Shown here piece after piece: positions 11,100-24,058 of a stretch of DNA of 64,000 nucleotides. The notes beneath the pieces are model-generated. The model was not told the origin of the DNA and made no database searches. It worked only from the letters and a program-made list of their open reading frames with translations. Numbering within the stretch: the stretch's first letter is position 1; every line of letters starts with the position of its first letter. The translations under genes were made by a program, and so were the position numbers. This DNA comes from Octopus sinensis (taxonomy: Eukaryota): the NCBI RefSeq assembly GCF_006345805.1, contig NC_042997.1, positions 171,864,001-171,928,000 on the forward strand, written 5' to 3'.

Positions 11100-11545
11100 T
11101 CACCTTTGAACTAAACCCCCTCAAATTCAATGACTGGCACCCATACCAGTGGAGTGCTAAGAGCACTATCCGAGTGTGATCCCTGCCAGAGCAGTTGACT
11201 GGCTTCCATGCAAAGAGACATGTAAAAATGCTGGTGGCATATGAAAAACATTTGAGCGAGGTCCTTGTCAGTGCTGCTGGACTGGCTCTTGTGCAGGTGG
11301 CATGTAAGAAACACCATTTGAGCATGGCCATTGCCAGTTCCACCTGAATGGCTCTCGTGCCGGTGGCACGTAAAAATACCCACTACACTCTCAGAGTGGT
11401 TGGCGTTAGGAAGGGCATCCAGCTGTAGAAACTCTGCCAGATCAGATTGGAGCCTAGTGCAGCCATCTGGTTCATCTGTTCTCGGTCAAATCATCCAAGC
11501 TATGCTAGCATGGAAAGTGGATGTTAAACAATGATGATGATGATG
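11100..11545 (+). mobile_element. RTE 3'-UTR copy (family D)
   Basis: Several diverged ~64-bp units plus a (GAT)n tail. Confidence 0.85.
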
Positions 11546-11626
11546 ATACCCACATACACACACACACACACACACATACACAAACATATATATAGTCATC
11601 TGACAATCCACCACCCTAAAACCAGC

Positions 11627-11846
11627 TTAACTCTTTTGCATTTCACAGATGGACCGAATATTCTAACCATTTTATGTTTGAACTGGTCAAATCTGACCTC
11701 TTACATCTTCCCTACAATGTCATTCTAAAAATAAGCAATCACATCATCAAAATCTTGAAGCTACAAGATATTGTATGATTTTTTCAAAATAATTTGAATA
11801 AATAAGCATTACATTGGACCATGCAATCTGAATGTTAAAAGGTTAA
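11627..11846. mobile_element. piggyBac-type MITE
   Basis: TTAA at both ends (11627-11630, 11843-11846) with short imperfect TIRs CTCTTTTGCATT / AATGTTAAAAGG. Related termini occur at ~1762 and ~55592. Confidence 0.6.
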
Positions 11847-12235
11847 TAATTAAAATATTGATTGTTGTAATTATCCCTTGCAAAATGATGATTATTTTCA
11901 AAATTAATTAAAACACAAATAGTGTAATTCATTAGAAATATAGTCACTTAGGATTTGTCCTTTGAAATGTGAATTTCTGTTTTTAGAGTAAGAGGGAAAT
12001 TCATAGGAACCAATTTGTCTACTACAGAGTAATAGAATTATTGTTTTCTATCTGTAGTTGCAGATGTGTTCAAGAATCCGTTTGATGAAACTTTCTCTCC
12101 AAAGACAATTCTTCTGATAAAATATCTTTGAAGACAGATTAACTAAAACTTCTGAAAAAAAAAATATATTGTCTCTATCATTAATGATAATAATACATTC
12201 TAATATTAATAATGATTATTATTATTTTAGACATT

Positions 12236-12255
12236 AATAATAATAATAATAATAA

Positions 12256-12305
<50 letters not shown>

Positions 12306-12320
12306 ATAAAAATAATAATG

Positions 12321-12360
<40 letters not shown>

Positions 12361-12365
12361 TGATG

Positions 12366-12427
<62 letters not shown>
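12236..12427. repeat. Compound (AAT)n/(AGT)n/(GAT)n microsatellite
   Basis: Read directly from the sequence. Confidence 0.95.
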
Positions 12428-14366
12428 TGCTTTCAGAAAGCATTAATGAGTACCTTGACAACCATAATTTACAACCAGAAGAGCAGAAGGGTTGCAGAAG
12501 GCGAGGAATACATGATCTATTATATATAGACAAAGCAATTCTAAATGAAGTAAAAGCTAGAAAGAAAAATTTAACAAGAGCATAGATAGATCATAGGAAG
12601 CCTATGACATGATCCCACACTCATGGATAAGTGAATGTTTGAGTATATTCAGTATAGTAGACAACATATGAGAATTAATTAGCTTTAGCATGAAGAAATG
12701 GAAAGTAGATCTATACTCAGGTGACACACTCTTACGGAAAGTTAATATCAAAAGAGGGATTTTCCAGGGGGACTCATTGTACCCTTTAATATCTGTTCTA
12801 TGTTTGATCCCTCTAAGTTTAGTATTAAAGAAGGTAAAGGCAGGTATCAGTTCAGAAATAGTAATGGAAAAATTAACCATTTGCTCTACATGGATGATCT
12901 GAAGCTTTTTAGTAAGAATGAAAAAGAGATAGATTCCTTAATACAGTCTGTAAGACTCTTCATCAAAGATATAGGTATGGAGTTTGGCATAGATAAGTGT
13001 GCAATATTAGTCATGAGAAAGGGACGGGTAGTCAATAGTGAAGGCATCCAATTACCTGATGGCCAGATATTAAAATCATTGAAAGGAGGAGAGAGTTATA
13101 AGTATCTAGGAGTATTAGAATCTGAGAGAGTACTAACTACAGAAATGAAAACGAAAATTGAGAAGGAGTACATCAAAAGGGTGAGGAAGCTAATGAAGTC
13201 AAAGCTAAATGGTCCAGATCTAGTGAAGTCTCTAAATAGTTGGCAGTATTGTTATTTAGATACTCAGCAGCTTGGACAAAAACTGAACTAGCAAAGCTAG
13301 ACAGAAGAACTAGGAAGGAATTCGATATGAATGGAGGAGTCCATCCAAGGGCAGGAGTAACAAGATTATACCTACCTAGAAAGGAAGGTGGAAGAGTGTT
13401 GCTATCAGTGGAAGACTGTGTGGAGTTAGCTAGAGTAGATATAGGCTCCTATGTAGGTAATAGTGAAGAAAGTTTATTAAAAGCTGCTAGAGTCACAGCA
13501 AGACATAGAGAAATCAAAACACCAAACAAACTTAAAAACCAGAAAAAAGAACAGAAATTATCTGACTGGCAGAAGAAGGCGTTGCATCAGCAAACAGCAG
13601 TAGTGAGATATGGTTATGGCTGCAGAAAGGGAAGATGAAGTGGGAGACAGAAAGTTTGTTAGTAGCTGCACAAAATCAAGCATTAAGGACTAATTGGATA
13701 AAAGCCAAAATAGACAAAAACCAAGTAGATTCCCACTGTAGATTATGCAAATCAAAAGAGGAAAGTGTTACTCATATAGTAAGTGAATATAGCATGCTGG
13801 CACAGAAAGAATACAAAAGATACAACAATCTAGAGAGAGAAATCCACTGGGAGCTTTGTAGAAAGCTAGGATTTGAACGTACTGATAAATGGTATGAACA
13901 TGAACCTAGTAAAGTACTAGAAAGTAAGAAGTAGAAGATGTGGGACTTTAAGATTCAGACTGACAGAGTAAGAGAAGCTAGAAGGCCTGATTTGATAGTA
14001 GTAGATAAAGAGAATAGAAAGTGTCAGATAATTGACATTACAGTCCCAAATGATGAAAAAATTAATATGAGAAGCATAGAAAAAATAGCAAAGTACCAGG
14101 ACCTAGCTATCGAATTACAGAGACTATGGAAAGTGTGAGTAAAATGTATCCCAGAAGTTATAGGTGCATTGGAAACTATCCCTAAAGATCTGAACAGATG
14201 GATGACGGAAATAGGCATAAAACCCAGTTTAGTACAGCTGCAAAAAACAGTGTTATTAGGGACAGCTAGGATACTTAGGAGGGTTCTTGGCATCTCATGT
14301 TATTTGTTGTAGCTTGATAATAGGATTCTTTTCTTTTCCAAAACTCTAATCTGTTGAGTGTATAGG
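12428..14366 (+). mobile_element. R4/Dong-type RLE LINE, 5'-truncated, pseudogenised (RT, CCHC finger, RLE)
   Basis: RGIFQGDSL.P, HLLYMDDLKLF, YKYLG, CRLCKSKEESVTHIVSE, RPDLIVVD...IIDITVP, KYQDLAIE, VIGALE. Flanked by (AAT)n on both sides. Confidence 0.92.
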
Positions 14367-14395
<29 letters not shown>

Positions 14396-14397
<2 letters not shown>

Positions 14398-14951
14398 GCC
14401 CTGTTGCAGTATCAGGCAGTGGCTCTCATGGCATCTTATCTTAACTGATTGCAAGTGTTATCATGTACATTATTTTGTCTTGGTATAAAAGATGGGTTGC
14501 AACAAATATTCTGCTCAATACCATAGATTTGCTTGTCAGTTGTTTGACCATAACCAGTTGAATATGTCCCTTAGCGGCTGACAATATGTGCATCTCTGAT
14601 CATGAGCAGAAGTAGTGGGGGAACATTATAGCCGTATGTTGAGAGGAATTCTTTGGGGTTTGAATAATTCACCTCTGGAAACATGGGTGTTTTGTTCAAA
14701 ATCCTTAAAGAACCCTTATTCAGGGACCTTTTGAGCGAGATGAATTACTCGACCAGAAGAAAATTCTAAGTGGACCCCACCTGCAAGGTCATGTGCTGTT
14801 TATCTTGATATGAGATCACCATGTCGCACACATATGGTTGTGATGCATGTGCCTAGTGTACTCTTATCAGACGTGTAGTCATGATAGGTATACTGGGCTT
14901 TGTTTACTTCACCCCAGTGTCACTTTGATGGCATGTACTGCTCTCTCACTC
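14396..14951. mobile_element. Non-coding ~555-bp interspersed element bounded by (AAT)n
   Basis: Complex non-coding block with sharp boundaries between two (AAT)n tracts. No TIR, ORF or tRNA head seen. Confidence 0.6.
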
Positions 14952-15040
<89 letters not shown>

Positions 15041-15043
<3 letters not shown>

Positions 15044-15878
15044 CTGGACTAAACTAAACGCAAAAGAAATAGACAAAGAAAAATCCCAGCAATGGTTGAG
15101 AAGCTCAGGACTCAAAGCAGAAACAGAGGGATTTTTAATTGCAGCACAAGACCAAAGCCTCCCCACCAGAAATTACCAAAAACATGTAATGAAAAGAAAT
15201 ATTACAAGTAACTGCAGAATATGTGGAGATGGACAAGAAACAATAAATCATATTATCTCTAGCTGCCCAGTCCTGGCTAAGAAGGAATATATTCACAGAC
15301 ATGACAGAGTTGGAACCTACATACATTGGAAGCTATGCCAACATTATGGAATAACAACAGAAAAAAGATGGTATAGGCACACACCAGAAAAGGTCACAGA
15401 AAACGAGAAAGCAACCATACTCTGGGATATGCCGATACACACAGATAGAGAAATTAAGGCCAACAGACCAGATATAGTTGTCAGAGATCATGAAGAAAAA
15501 AATGCTTTCTAATTGATGTATCAATACCGGCAGATGATAACGTGTCTCTAAAAGAAATGGAGAAACTCTCAAAATACAAAGACCTGGAAATAGAGGTAAC
15601 TAGAATGTGGAATCTGAAAACAGAAACAATTCCTATCATAGTAGGTGCATTAGGCATGATAAAAAAATATTCAGACAAATACATAACAAAAACACCAGGA
15701 CTTACAAACACATATAACATACAGAAAATTGCACTACTAGGCACTGCACATATCCTACGCAGAACACTTTCCATACAATAACCATCAGAGCATCACAACA
15801 AATCACAGCACATACCCAAGGCACACAGAGCTGTGCTCGGTAGTGAAGTGAAAGCACGCTATAAAAATAAAACTACTG
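15041..15878 (+). mobile_element. Second R4/Dong-type LINE 3' fragment (different subfamily)
   Basis: ETEGFLIAAQDQSL, CRICGDGQETINHIISSCP, RPDIVVRD, KYKDLEIE, IIVGALG. (AAT)n on both sides. Confidence 0.92.
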
Positions 15879-15957
15879 AATAATAATAATAATAGTAATA
15901 ATAATAATAATAATATAATAGTAATAATAATAATAATATAATAATAATAATATAATA

Positions 15958-16028
<71 letters not shown>

Positions 16029-16050
16029 TAATAATAATTATTATTATTAT
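15879..16050. repeat. (AAT)n tract with higher-order interruptions and a switch to (TTA)n near 16038
   Basis: Read directly from the sequence. Confidence 0.9.
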
Positions 16051-16280
16051 AACTGTTTCAGGAACTAGATAGGTAATTACATGCAACAATGAAACCAGAT
16101 ACAGAGGAAAGCAGGGCTTTCTGGAGAGGGATCTGGGACCAACCTGTAGAGCATAAGGATGAAGCGGATTGGCTGCATGCTGTCCAAATTAGGCTAAGAA
16201 ATATAGAAGGCCAAGAAGGCATAGAAATAACTACAGAAATGATAAAAAAGCATTTAAGAAAATTCCCAATATCAACATAA
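16051..16280 (+). mobile_element. R4/Dong-type fragment from the region upstream of RT
   Basis: PDTEESRAFWRGIWDQPVEHKDEADWL...ITTEMIKKHLRK, a typical pre-RT segment of this clade. Confidence 0.7.
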
Positions 16281-17368
16281 AATTGAAAGGCATGGTAAAA
16301 AAATTTCCAAACTATTTTAAGCCTATGACAATATAAAGTGAGAGTATTCAGTAATAATATTTTCTGTTTGTATTGTAGCTGGCAAAATATAAACTGAGAA
16401 ATTTTGTTTACTTCTTGCCTCCCAATTTCATGTTGATAATGAAAAATATTAATCTGGATAACATCAGGGTTTTTTTTACGTATGCTGTGCAATGATCAAG
16501 AGCAAGTTATTGAATGCTTTTTTTCTTTCTGAGTAAAAAACAAAAAATATATCAGCAACATAATTGTAATCTACATACTTGACAACCTAACACTGCAAAA
16601 TGTCATTAAAATGTATTTCATGTTATTAAGAAAGCTATGAGGAAACAAAGTTGGTGGGGACACCAACTGTAGTTATGAGGATTGAAATGGATTTTGTATT
16701 GTGTATTTTATGTATTCAGAGTTGTAAATCATTCAGGAAAGAAAAATCCCAAATCCCAAAAGTGTAAAATGTGAGCAATATTCAGTTTCATTTCATAATT
16801 TCATGAAAGGATATAGCATTTTTAAGCCACATGTGCACACGCTTGAAGAATATTAATAAAAACATTAATAATAATATATATATATATTTGGTAAATTAAT
16901 GTTGGAATGTTGGAAGTATAGATTTATATTTGGTTCTTTTATTTACCACTTTTTTAACTTCTATTCTTGAACACATTTATTTAGCATCACTGCATATAAT
17001 TCTCATTTCTTCACCTTGGTGTTCAACAAGAACAAGAAGTTAGGGGTACAATATACATAATTCAACTGAAAGTAAAATATATTCATAGATATAAAATCCA
17101 TAATGTTATATCACAAGTCCACCATAATTTAATTACGAGCTTAATATCTCACCCAATAATTCAAATGCCACTAATTTCCTGGTGTGCTGTTGCAAATAAT
17201 CAAATCATAAACTTCCATCTAGATCTAATTAGATGTAAGACTCTAAAAAAACTTTAACATAAAATGAAACAACAGAAAGAGTAAAACTAAACCCAGTCCC
17301 AAACAGAAATGGGGGATATAATCAATAAACTGAAGAACTTGCAAAAGACTGAACTGCAAAGGGAACAT

Positions 17369-17438
<70 letters not shown>

Positions 17439-17441
17439 CAC

Positions 17442-17474
<33 letters not shown>

Positions 17475-17478
17475 ATAT

Positions 17479-17513
<35 letters not shown>

Positions 17514-17864
17514 GCATATATATATCACAATAAAAACAATTTTCATCTAAATGAACCTAGACAGCTCATCATCAGATGCTCTATTGGAAATCATTAAGCT
17601 CATCAATTCTAGGGTGAATGGTTATCAATGCAAGTCACATGTCACCTTGCACATATAGATGGCTTTTGTATTTCATTTTTATCCTTGCTAATGGAGAAAA
17701 AGCATTTTTCTATGAAAATATGTTGAGTTAAATGGAAGTGTGATGTGTAATGTCTTCGGTGAGCTGATACAATGGCAATCTTCCATTTTGTAGTCCAGAA
17801 AAGTGAATCCGCTGAACTTGGCAGCTCTTGGCATAATAAAATTGCTTCAGATTTTGGCAAAAGA

Positions 17865-18065
17865 CCAGCAGTTTTTTAGGGGAGAGGATAAGTTGATTAC
17901 ATCAACCCCAGTTCTTGACTGGTACTTATTTTATCAACCCTAAAAAGGATAATTGGCAAAGTCGACCACAGCAGAATTTGAACTCAGAATGTAAAGAGCT
18001 AGAAGAAAGAAGTGTCAATAAAGTGTTTTGTCTGAAGTGTTAACAATTCTCTCAGCTAAATGCCC
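17865..18065 (-). mobile_element. SINE family B
   Basis: Reverse-complement homology to 47519-47757. Confidence 0.75.
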
Positions 18066-18333
18066 TAATTGGCACAATAAAATGAAAGTAAAATAATGTT
18101 CAGCAGCATTCAGCTAAAATTAAGCTACAAAAATACAAGAATTAAACTATAAAAATATTTTGCTTTGAAAGTGGAAATTTGTTTTGGAACACTAGTAGCA
18201 TCATGATCATTATCAAGAGAGGTACTACTTCTTAGGAATGGCGGAATGCCACAGCCTTAGATACGATCTTGTGCCTGGTCTCCTGTTAAAGCACCCCAAT
18301 TTTTGCCAGTTATTGGTCTGCATGCATCATCAA

Positions 18334-18450
18334 TCAACGATTTGATTTATAATTGATATATTTGTGCACATCAGCAACTGCCAAACCACTCAAAGTTAAA
18401 TCACAGTCTGCACTATGTTGATCCCAACCATACGACTTTACACATAAATA
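18334..18450 (-). CDS. Candidate terminal coding exon of an unidentified host gene (YLCVKSYGWDQHSADCDLTLSGLAVADVHKYINYKSNR*)
   Basis: Pyrimidine-rich acceptor TTTTACTTCCTTGTCCTTCTATAG, then 38 open codons to TGA in non-repetitive sequence. The other two frames stop within 12 codons. Product not recognised. Confidence 0.3.
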   Translation of the reverse strand, partial: YLCVKSYGWDQHSADCDLTLSGLAVADVHKYINYKSNR

Positions 18451-18596
18451 CTATAGAAGGACAAGGAAGTAAAATCGAACAGAAACACTGGGCAATCTCT
18501 TTAAAACTTATTTATGGGAATTTTGCAAGTGTTGTTCTCCTACACTGAAAAATCTATGCCTTAGAGAGTATTAACCTATGTTATAATTTTATTTCG

Positions 18597-18755
18597 TTGC
18601 TGTGTGGTAAGAAGCTTGCTCTCCAGCCACATGGTTCCAGGTTCAGTCCCACTGCATGGCACCTTAGGCAAGTGTCTTCTACTATAGCATCGGGCTGACC
18701 AAGGCCTTGTGATTGGGTTTGGTAGATGGAAACTGAAAGCCCGTTGTATGTGTGT
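18597..18755 (+). mobile_element. SINE family A, 5' half
   Basis: Head and CORE-like segment present. Ends at the internal microsatellite. Confidence 0.8.
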
Positions 18756-18928
18756 ATGTATTTATACAGAAAAAGAGAGAGAAAGAGAAAGAGACACAAT
18801 TTTTCAAATACCATATATACATCAATTTTTGATTTATTAAAATTATCTCCATCTCTAGAGGAGCTCAAGAGTCAATAATTCTTCAGAGTCTACATGCCAT
18901 TAAGGAAAGGAACAGGCTTATTGTCCAG

Positions 18929-19120
18929 AGATAAGAGGACTATTGTGGACATGTGTTTCTGACTAAACAACCATCATCAGCATGTTAACTGTCTGATCTT
19001 GTCTCCAGAAGCAAAGGGACTTAGACTTAGGCAAAAAAGGAATAGAACACATTTGGACAAATTTCGTGTTGTTGATGGTTACTGAGCCTGAAACACACGT
19101 CCCTGACTGTCCTCTTATCT
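18929..19120. mobile_element. MITE with ~50-bp imperfect TIRs
   Basis: AGATAAGAGGAC...GGACATGTGTTTCTG...AACCATCA versus TGATGGTT...CCTGAAACACACGTCC...GTCCTCTTATCT. Confidence 0.65.
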
Positions 19121-19427
19121 TCAGATGATAAGCATATTCTTTCCTTTATGGCATGTCAACTTTGGTGAATTCTTGAATCTTGTGATTACCTTCCCTTCTC
19201 AAATGGTGATGGTTTTAATTACCATTTGATAATTATGATACAACTTCTATAAGTGGATACTGATTTTAATAAATCAAGAATTTATCTTGTATAGTATTTG
19301 ATATATCTGTATTTCTCTATGTTGTTCTAACATACTGCTCTTTCCTCTGAGTTATTTCTCTTAACTCATTGTTTACACACACACATGCATCCACTCATGC
19401 ATGCACACACACACACATACACACACA

Positions 19428-19470
<43 letters not shown>

Positions 19471-19564
19471 TTTCTTATGCTGGTTTCTGTGTTCTGAAAT
19501 AAACTTCCAAACTTTAAGGTTCAAAGAAAACAAATCTTTCACTTTCATTTTACTGTTGAATTTC

Positions 19565-20250
19565 TAGTAAAGGATTGTTGCTGCAAGGTTCAGTGGTTTC
19601 ATTTTCTGGTTTATCAAACGAAAAATTGCTGACACAGATTCACTCCAGAAGCTTTGAAAATTAGAAGGCTGGAAAAACATTTCCAAAATAGCATCAGTTT
19701 TCATATCGATAATTTCTTCTTTTATATCTTGCAAATCTTCTTCAATATCAGACATAAATGGATTTGTTATTCTATTGTGATTTTTATATGGAATCTCAGA
19801 GAAATTTTCAAACTTGAAGTAGTTACAATTTTTTTCTAGATCTTCAAGAAAGCAATTCATGGTAGCAGCTGTTGTTTCAAAGATAAAAAGTCTCGGAGTC
19901 TAGATGTGGAGCATATGACACTATTACATGCAGTAATAAATCATATGGAATGCAGTGTGGCACTTTGAGCAAGCACTCTCTCCTTTGTCCAAACTATTCC
20001 TGTTCATCTGTTGTCATTAACAAACAATGCTGTCATTGCATCTATGACAGAAAAGAGATATTTGCACCAAGTGAAACAGTTCAAGGATGTCTATTGCAAG
20101 ATGTATGTCAGCAATGTTAGTGAATTGTGGTAGCTGTTGAATTTCATAGCTGAGTGAGTGGCCTAAGTCCTTGCCACATGCACATTGACTTTAGCTGTCT
20201 CATACCCACTCACTAATTACTGGATGAATCATCTATGTACACCTGATGGT
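19565..20250 (-). pseudogene. Decayed hAT (Buster/Charlie-like) transposase fragment
   Basis: NPF...EEIIDMKTD.ILEMFF...FQSFW resembles the hAT C-terminal region. Upstream remnants are weak. Confidence 0.55.
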
Positions 20251-20436
20251 CTATTAAAAAAAAAAGGTGCCAAAGAGAAAACTGTTAATGACATTCCAAT
20301 ATGTGGCTTTTCCAAAAATGGTTAGACTGCTTGGTACGACTGGGATTCTAATGAGATGAGCAAATGCCGAGTCTATTGTGCTTTTGCTGGTCAGCCCAGC
20401 TACTGGAAATAACTGAGTTCTTAATGTTTTTACCAT

Positions 20437-20600
20437 AGGCGCAGGAGTGGCTGTGTGCTAAGTAGCTTGCTAACCAACCACACGGATCCCGGTTCAGTCC
20501 CACTGCATGGCATCTTGGGCAAGTGTCTTCTGCTATAGCCTCGGGCCGACCAAAGCCTTGTGAGTGGATTTGGTAGATGGAAACTGAAAGAAGCCCGTTG

Positions 20601-20637
<37 letters not shown>

Positions 20638-20850
20638 GTGTGTGTGTTTGTGTGTCTGTGTTTGTCCCCCTAGCATTGCTTGACAACCGATGCTGGTGTG
20701 TTTATGTCCCCGTCACTTAGCGGTTCGGCAAAAAGAGACCGATAGAATAAGTACTGGGCTTACAAAGAATAAGTCCCGGGGTCAAGTTGCTCGATTAAAG
20801 GCGGTGCTCCAGCATGGCCACAGTCAAATGACTGAAACAAGTAAAAGAGT
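20437..20850 (+). mobile_element. SINE family A, full length, young
   Basis: Intact head, CpGs retained, complete tail. Confidence 0.92.
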
Positions 20851-21596
20851 AGAGAGAGAGGGACCTAAATGGTTAGCTGCTTGCTGATATCATCAATCCC
20901 TGACAAAATCCTGTTTAATATTTAGAACACAGTGCTTTGGCTTCATTTTCTTGACAATGAGCTGTTGTTTGGGCCTCTGCCAATATTCCTGCTACAATTC
21001 TAAGAGACTTTCAGACAATGTCTTCATTTTAAAGAATATCAATATTTTATATTTTTGAATTGACAATCAGTATAAAGATAAAAAAAAAAGTAAAAATAGA
21101 CTTAGCATTTTTAAACTCAAGAAAGAAAAATATCTTAAATTAAATACAATAGATTCTTAGCTCAAACAAAATAAAGTAAAATAAAAATGCTTTAAAAGGA
21201 ATCAAACCATTAAGAACATTTATTCATTTTGCAAAATAGACTTAGGGGAAAGAGTATTCAGTAAATTTCCTATTAGACTTGATCTCAGATGAAAAAGTAG
21301 TCTGTTAGCTGCTGCAAGATTTTGCTTTTAAAAGGTAATTTGGTAGAGTGCTGATTGGAATCAACCATATAACCAGCTGAAACATTTTTGTTTTTCGTTG
21401 TCTTTGACAATTTCTTCAGATTTAGATACTTTCAACAGAGAAGATTACAAGTCTAGGAGGGAAAAAAGTTCGATGTCACATTTCTTTTTTTTAATTTCCA
21501 CTTTCTATGTTTTATTATTATTTCTTTATTTGATTTGTGTATTTGCAAAAGTAGACATGAGTCTGCCAAATAAATTCAAGATTTCAAAATAACCAT

Positions 21597-22410
21597 AGGG
21601 CTGTGAGGTCGAAAAGCTTGCTTTGCAATCATATGGTTTCAGGATCAGTACCACTGCATGGCACCCTGGGCAAGTGTTTTTTACTATAGCCCCAGGCCTA
21701 CACATGCATTCTGAGTGAATTTGGTAAAGGCCTCCATGCCGATGGCACGTAAAAATCACCATTCAAGTGTGATCATTACCTGCGTTGCCTTACTGGCACT
21801 TGTGCTGGAGACACATGAAGAAACATTCAAGCAAGGCCGTTGCCAGTGCCGCTAGACTGGCTCCTGTGCAGGAGACACATAAAAAGCACCACCAAGCGTG
21901 GCCGTTGCCAGTACTGCCTGACTGGCCCTCATGTCAGTAGTACGTAAAAGCACCCACTACACTCTCGGAGTGGTTGGCGTTAGGAAGGGCATCCAGTTGT
22001 AGAAACTCTGCCAGATCAGATTGGAGTCTGGTGCAGCCACCTGGTTCGCCAGACCTCAGTCAAATCGTCCAACCCATGCCAGCATGGAAAGCAGACGTTA
22101 AACAATGATGATGAAACTGTGTGAAAGCCTGTTGTATATATATGTTGGTGTGTGTGGGGGGGGTGCATATGTGTATGCATATGTACATGTATCTTTGTGT
22201 TTATGTTTGCCCCTCATCATCACTTGATGACTGGTGTTGGTTTGTTTATATTCCTGTAACTTAACGATTTGGTAAAAGAAGCCAATAGAATAATTACCAG
22301 ACTTAGAATAAGTACTGGGGTTAATATGTTCCACTAAATTCTTCATGACAGTACCCCCAGCATGGCTGCAGTCCAATGACTGAAACCGGTAAAAGATAAG
22401 AGATAAAAAT
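21597..22410 (+). mobile_element. Older family-A-related SINE interrupted by an RTE 3'-UTR copy (about 21730-22115)
   Basis: The SINE breaks at GAATTTGGTAAAGG and resumes at AAACTGTGTGAAAGCC. The insert ends in (GAT)n. Confidence 0.75.
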
Positions 22411-22489
22411 GATTTTCGAAACTAAAAATGGTAAAAGTTAGAGCTAATTCTCCTTCACAGCACAAGAGAAATAACGGCAGCTTCTTTTA

Positions 22490-22870
22490 TTTCTTCTCTG
22501 TGTGGGTGTGTGCGTGTGAATGCCTTTGTGTGTGAGTGCCTCTGTGTGTGTGAGTGCCTGTGTGTGTGTGTGTGTGTGTGTGTGCATCTGTGGGTGTGCA
22601 TGTGTGTATGTGTATGTATATGTGTGTGTGTATGTGAGTGCCTGTGTGTGTGTCTGTGGATGCATTTGTGTGTGCGTGTGCATGTGCATCTGTAAGTGTA
22701 CATCTGTGTGTATGTGTGTGTATGTGTGCATCTGTGAGTGTGCATCTGTGGGTGTGCATGTGTGTATGTGTACATGTGTGTGTGTGTGTAAGTGTCTGCG
22801 CATGCATGTGTGTGTGTGTACATGTGCATGTGCATCTGTAAGTATGCATGTGTGTGTGTGTGTGTGTTGC
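22490..22870. repeat. Degenerate (TG)n/(TGCA) microsatellite field
   Basis: Read directly from the sequence. Confidence 0.9.
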
Positions 22871-23644
22871 ACAAATGAATTATGAAAGTTTCTTTTCTTT
22901 TTTATGTATGCGTATAAAAGTACATTTATTATATGAAAATCATACAGAAATATAGTAATAATATTATACTACTACCTTGATCTATATGTCCAGTACAACA
23001 AACAGCAAGTCTATATTAAGATTTTTTTAGAGAGAGAAAGAGATTCTTTACACTTTCTTTCAATAATTTCTCTGTAAAATAAAATATAATGCCAGCGCTT
23101 TAACTCTCTCTTTCACTCTCTCTGTCTGTCTCGCTCTCTCTCTCATTTTCTCCCTCTTATACACATGCTTATATATGTATATATGTACATGCAAGAAAAG
23201 AAACTTTCATAATTTATATGTAAAACTGAATTTATTGCAATGCCATCGCATTTACACAGACTCATATACTTACACTCAAACACATATACACTCAAACACA
23301 TACACTCACACACACAAACACACATACATGTTCCCACACATGCAAACACATGCACATGCACACATACACACACACACACACAGATGCGTGCATACACATA
23401 TGGAATTTTAAAAAAAATTAACAAAATTTGGCAGATCATATTTTTCACTTTTTCAAACATACATATAAAATACAAAATCTGAAAAAAAAAAAAAATCCAA
23501 AAAAGGTAAAACTTTGTAGGAAGGTAAAATTTTTTTAAAAATAGAAATCTTGAAGTTTTTTTCTCACAGAACCATAATCTTCTCTGTTGAAAATATATAT
23601 GTATATGTATATATAAATGTACTCACACACACACACCAACATTC

Positions 23645-23695
<51 letters not shown>

Positions 23696-23763
23696 CATAT
23701 ATGTACACACACACAAACACACACACACATACACTTATATACATATATATAAATATGTATGTG

Positions 23764-23810
<47 letters not shown>

Positions 23811-23959
23811 GGTGAATCCAAACAAAGAACAAACATGAAAAACAACAACACGAGGACACGGTACATGTAATGCATTATCAGGCATATATATATACATACA
23901 TATATACATACATGCATATATATCTGTAGATATATGTTTATGTATAAATGTGTATGTAT

Positions 23960-24058
23960 ATATATATGTGTGTGTGTGTGTATGTGTGTGTATGTATGTA
24001 TGTATGTATGTATGTATGTATGTATGTATGTATGTATGTATGTATGTATGTATGTATG
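23960..24058. repeat. (TG)n followed by (TATG)n microsatellite
   Basis: Read directly from the sequence. Confidence 0.95.

Noticed and set aside
17530-17580. Minus-strand CTGATGA-TGAGC...GTTCA...GAAA
   Set aside because: Seven extra nucleotides lie before GAAA and there is no stem I.
18940-18990. Minus-strand CTGATGA...GAAACACATGTC hammerhead-like motif
   Set aside because: Stem I has only 2 bp. It lies in a MITE TIR whose partner arm lacks the core, so it is likely coincidental.
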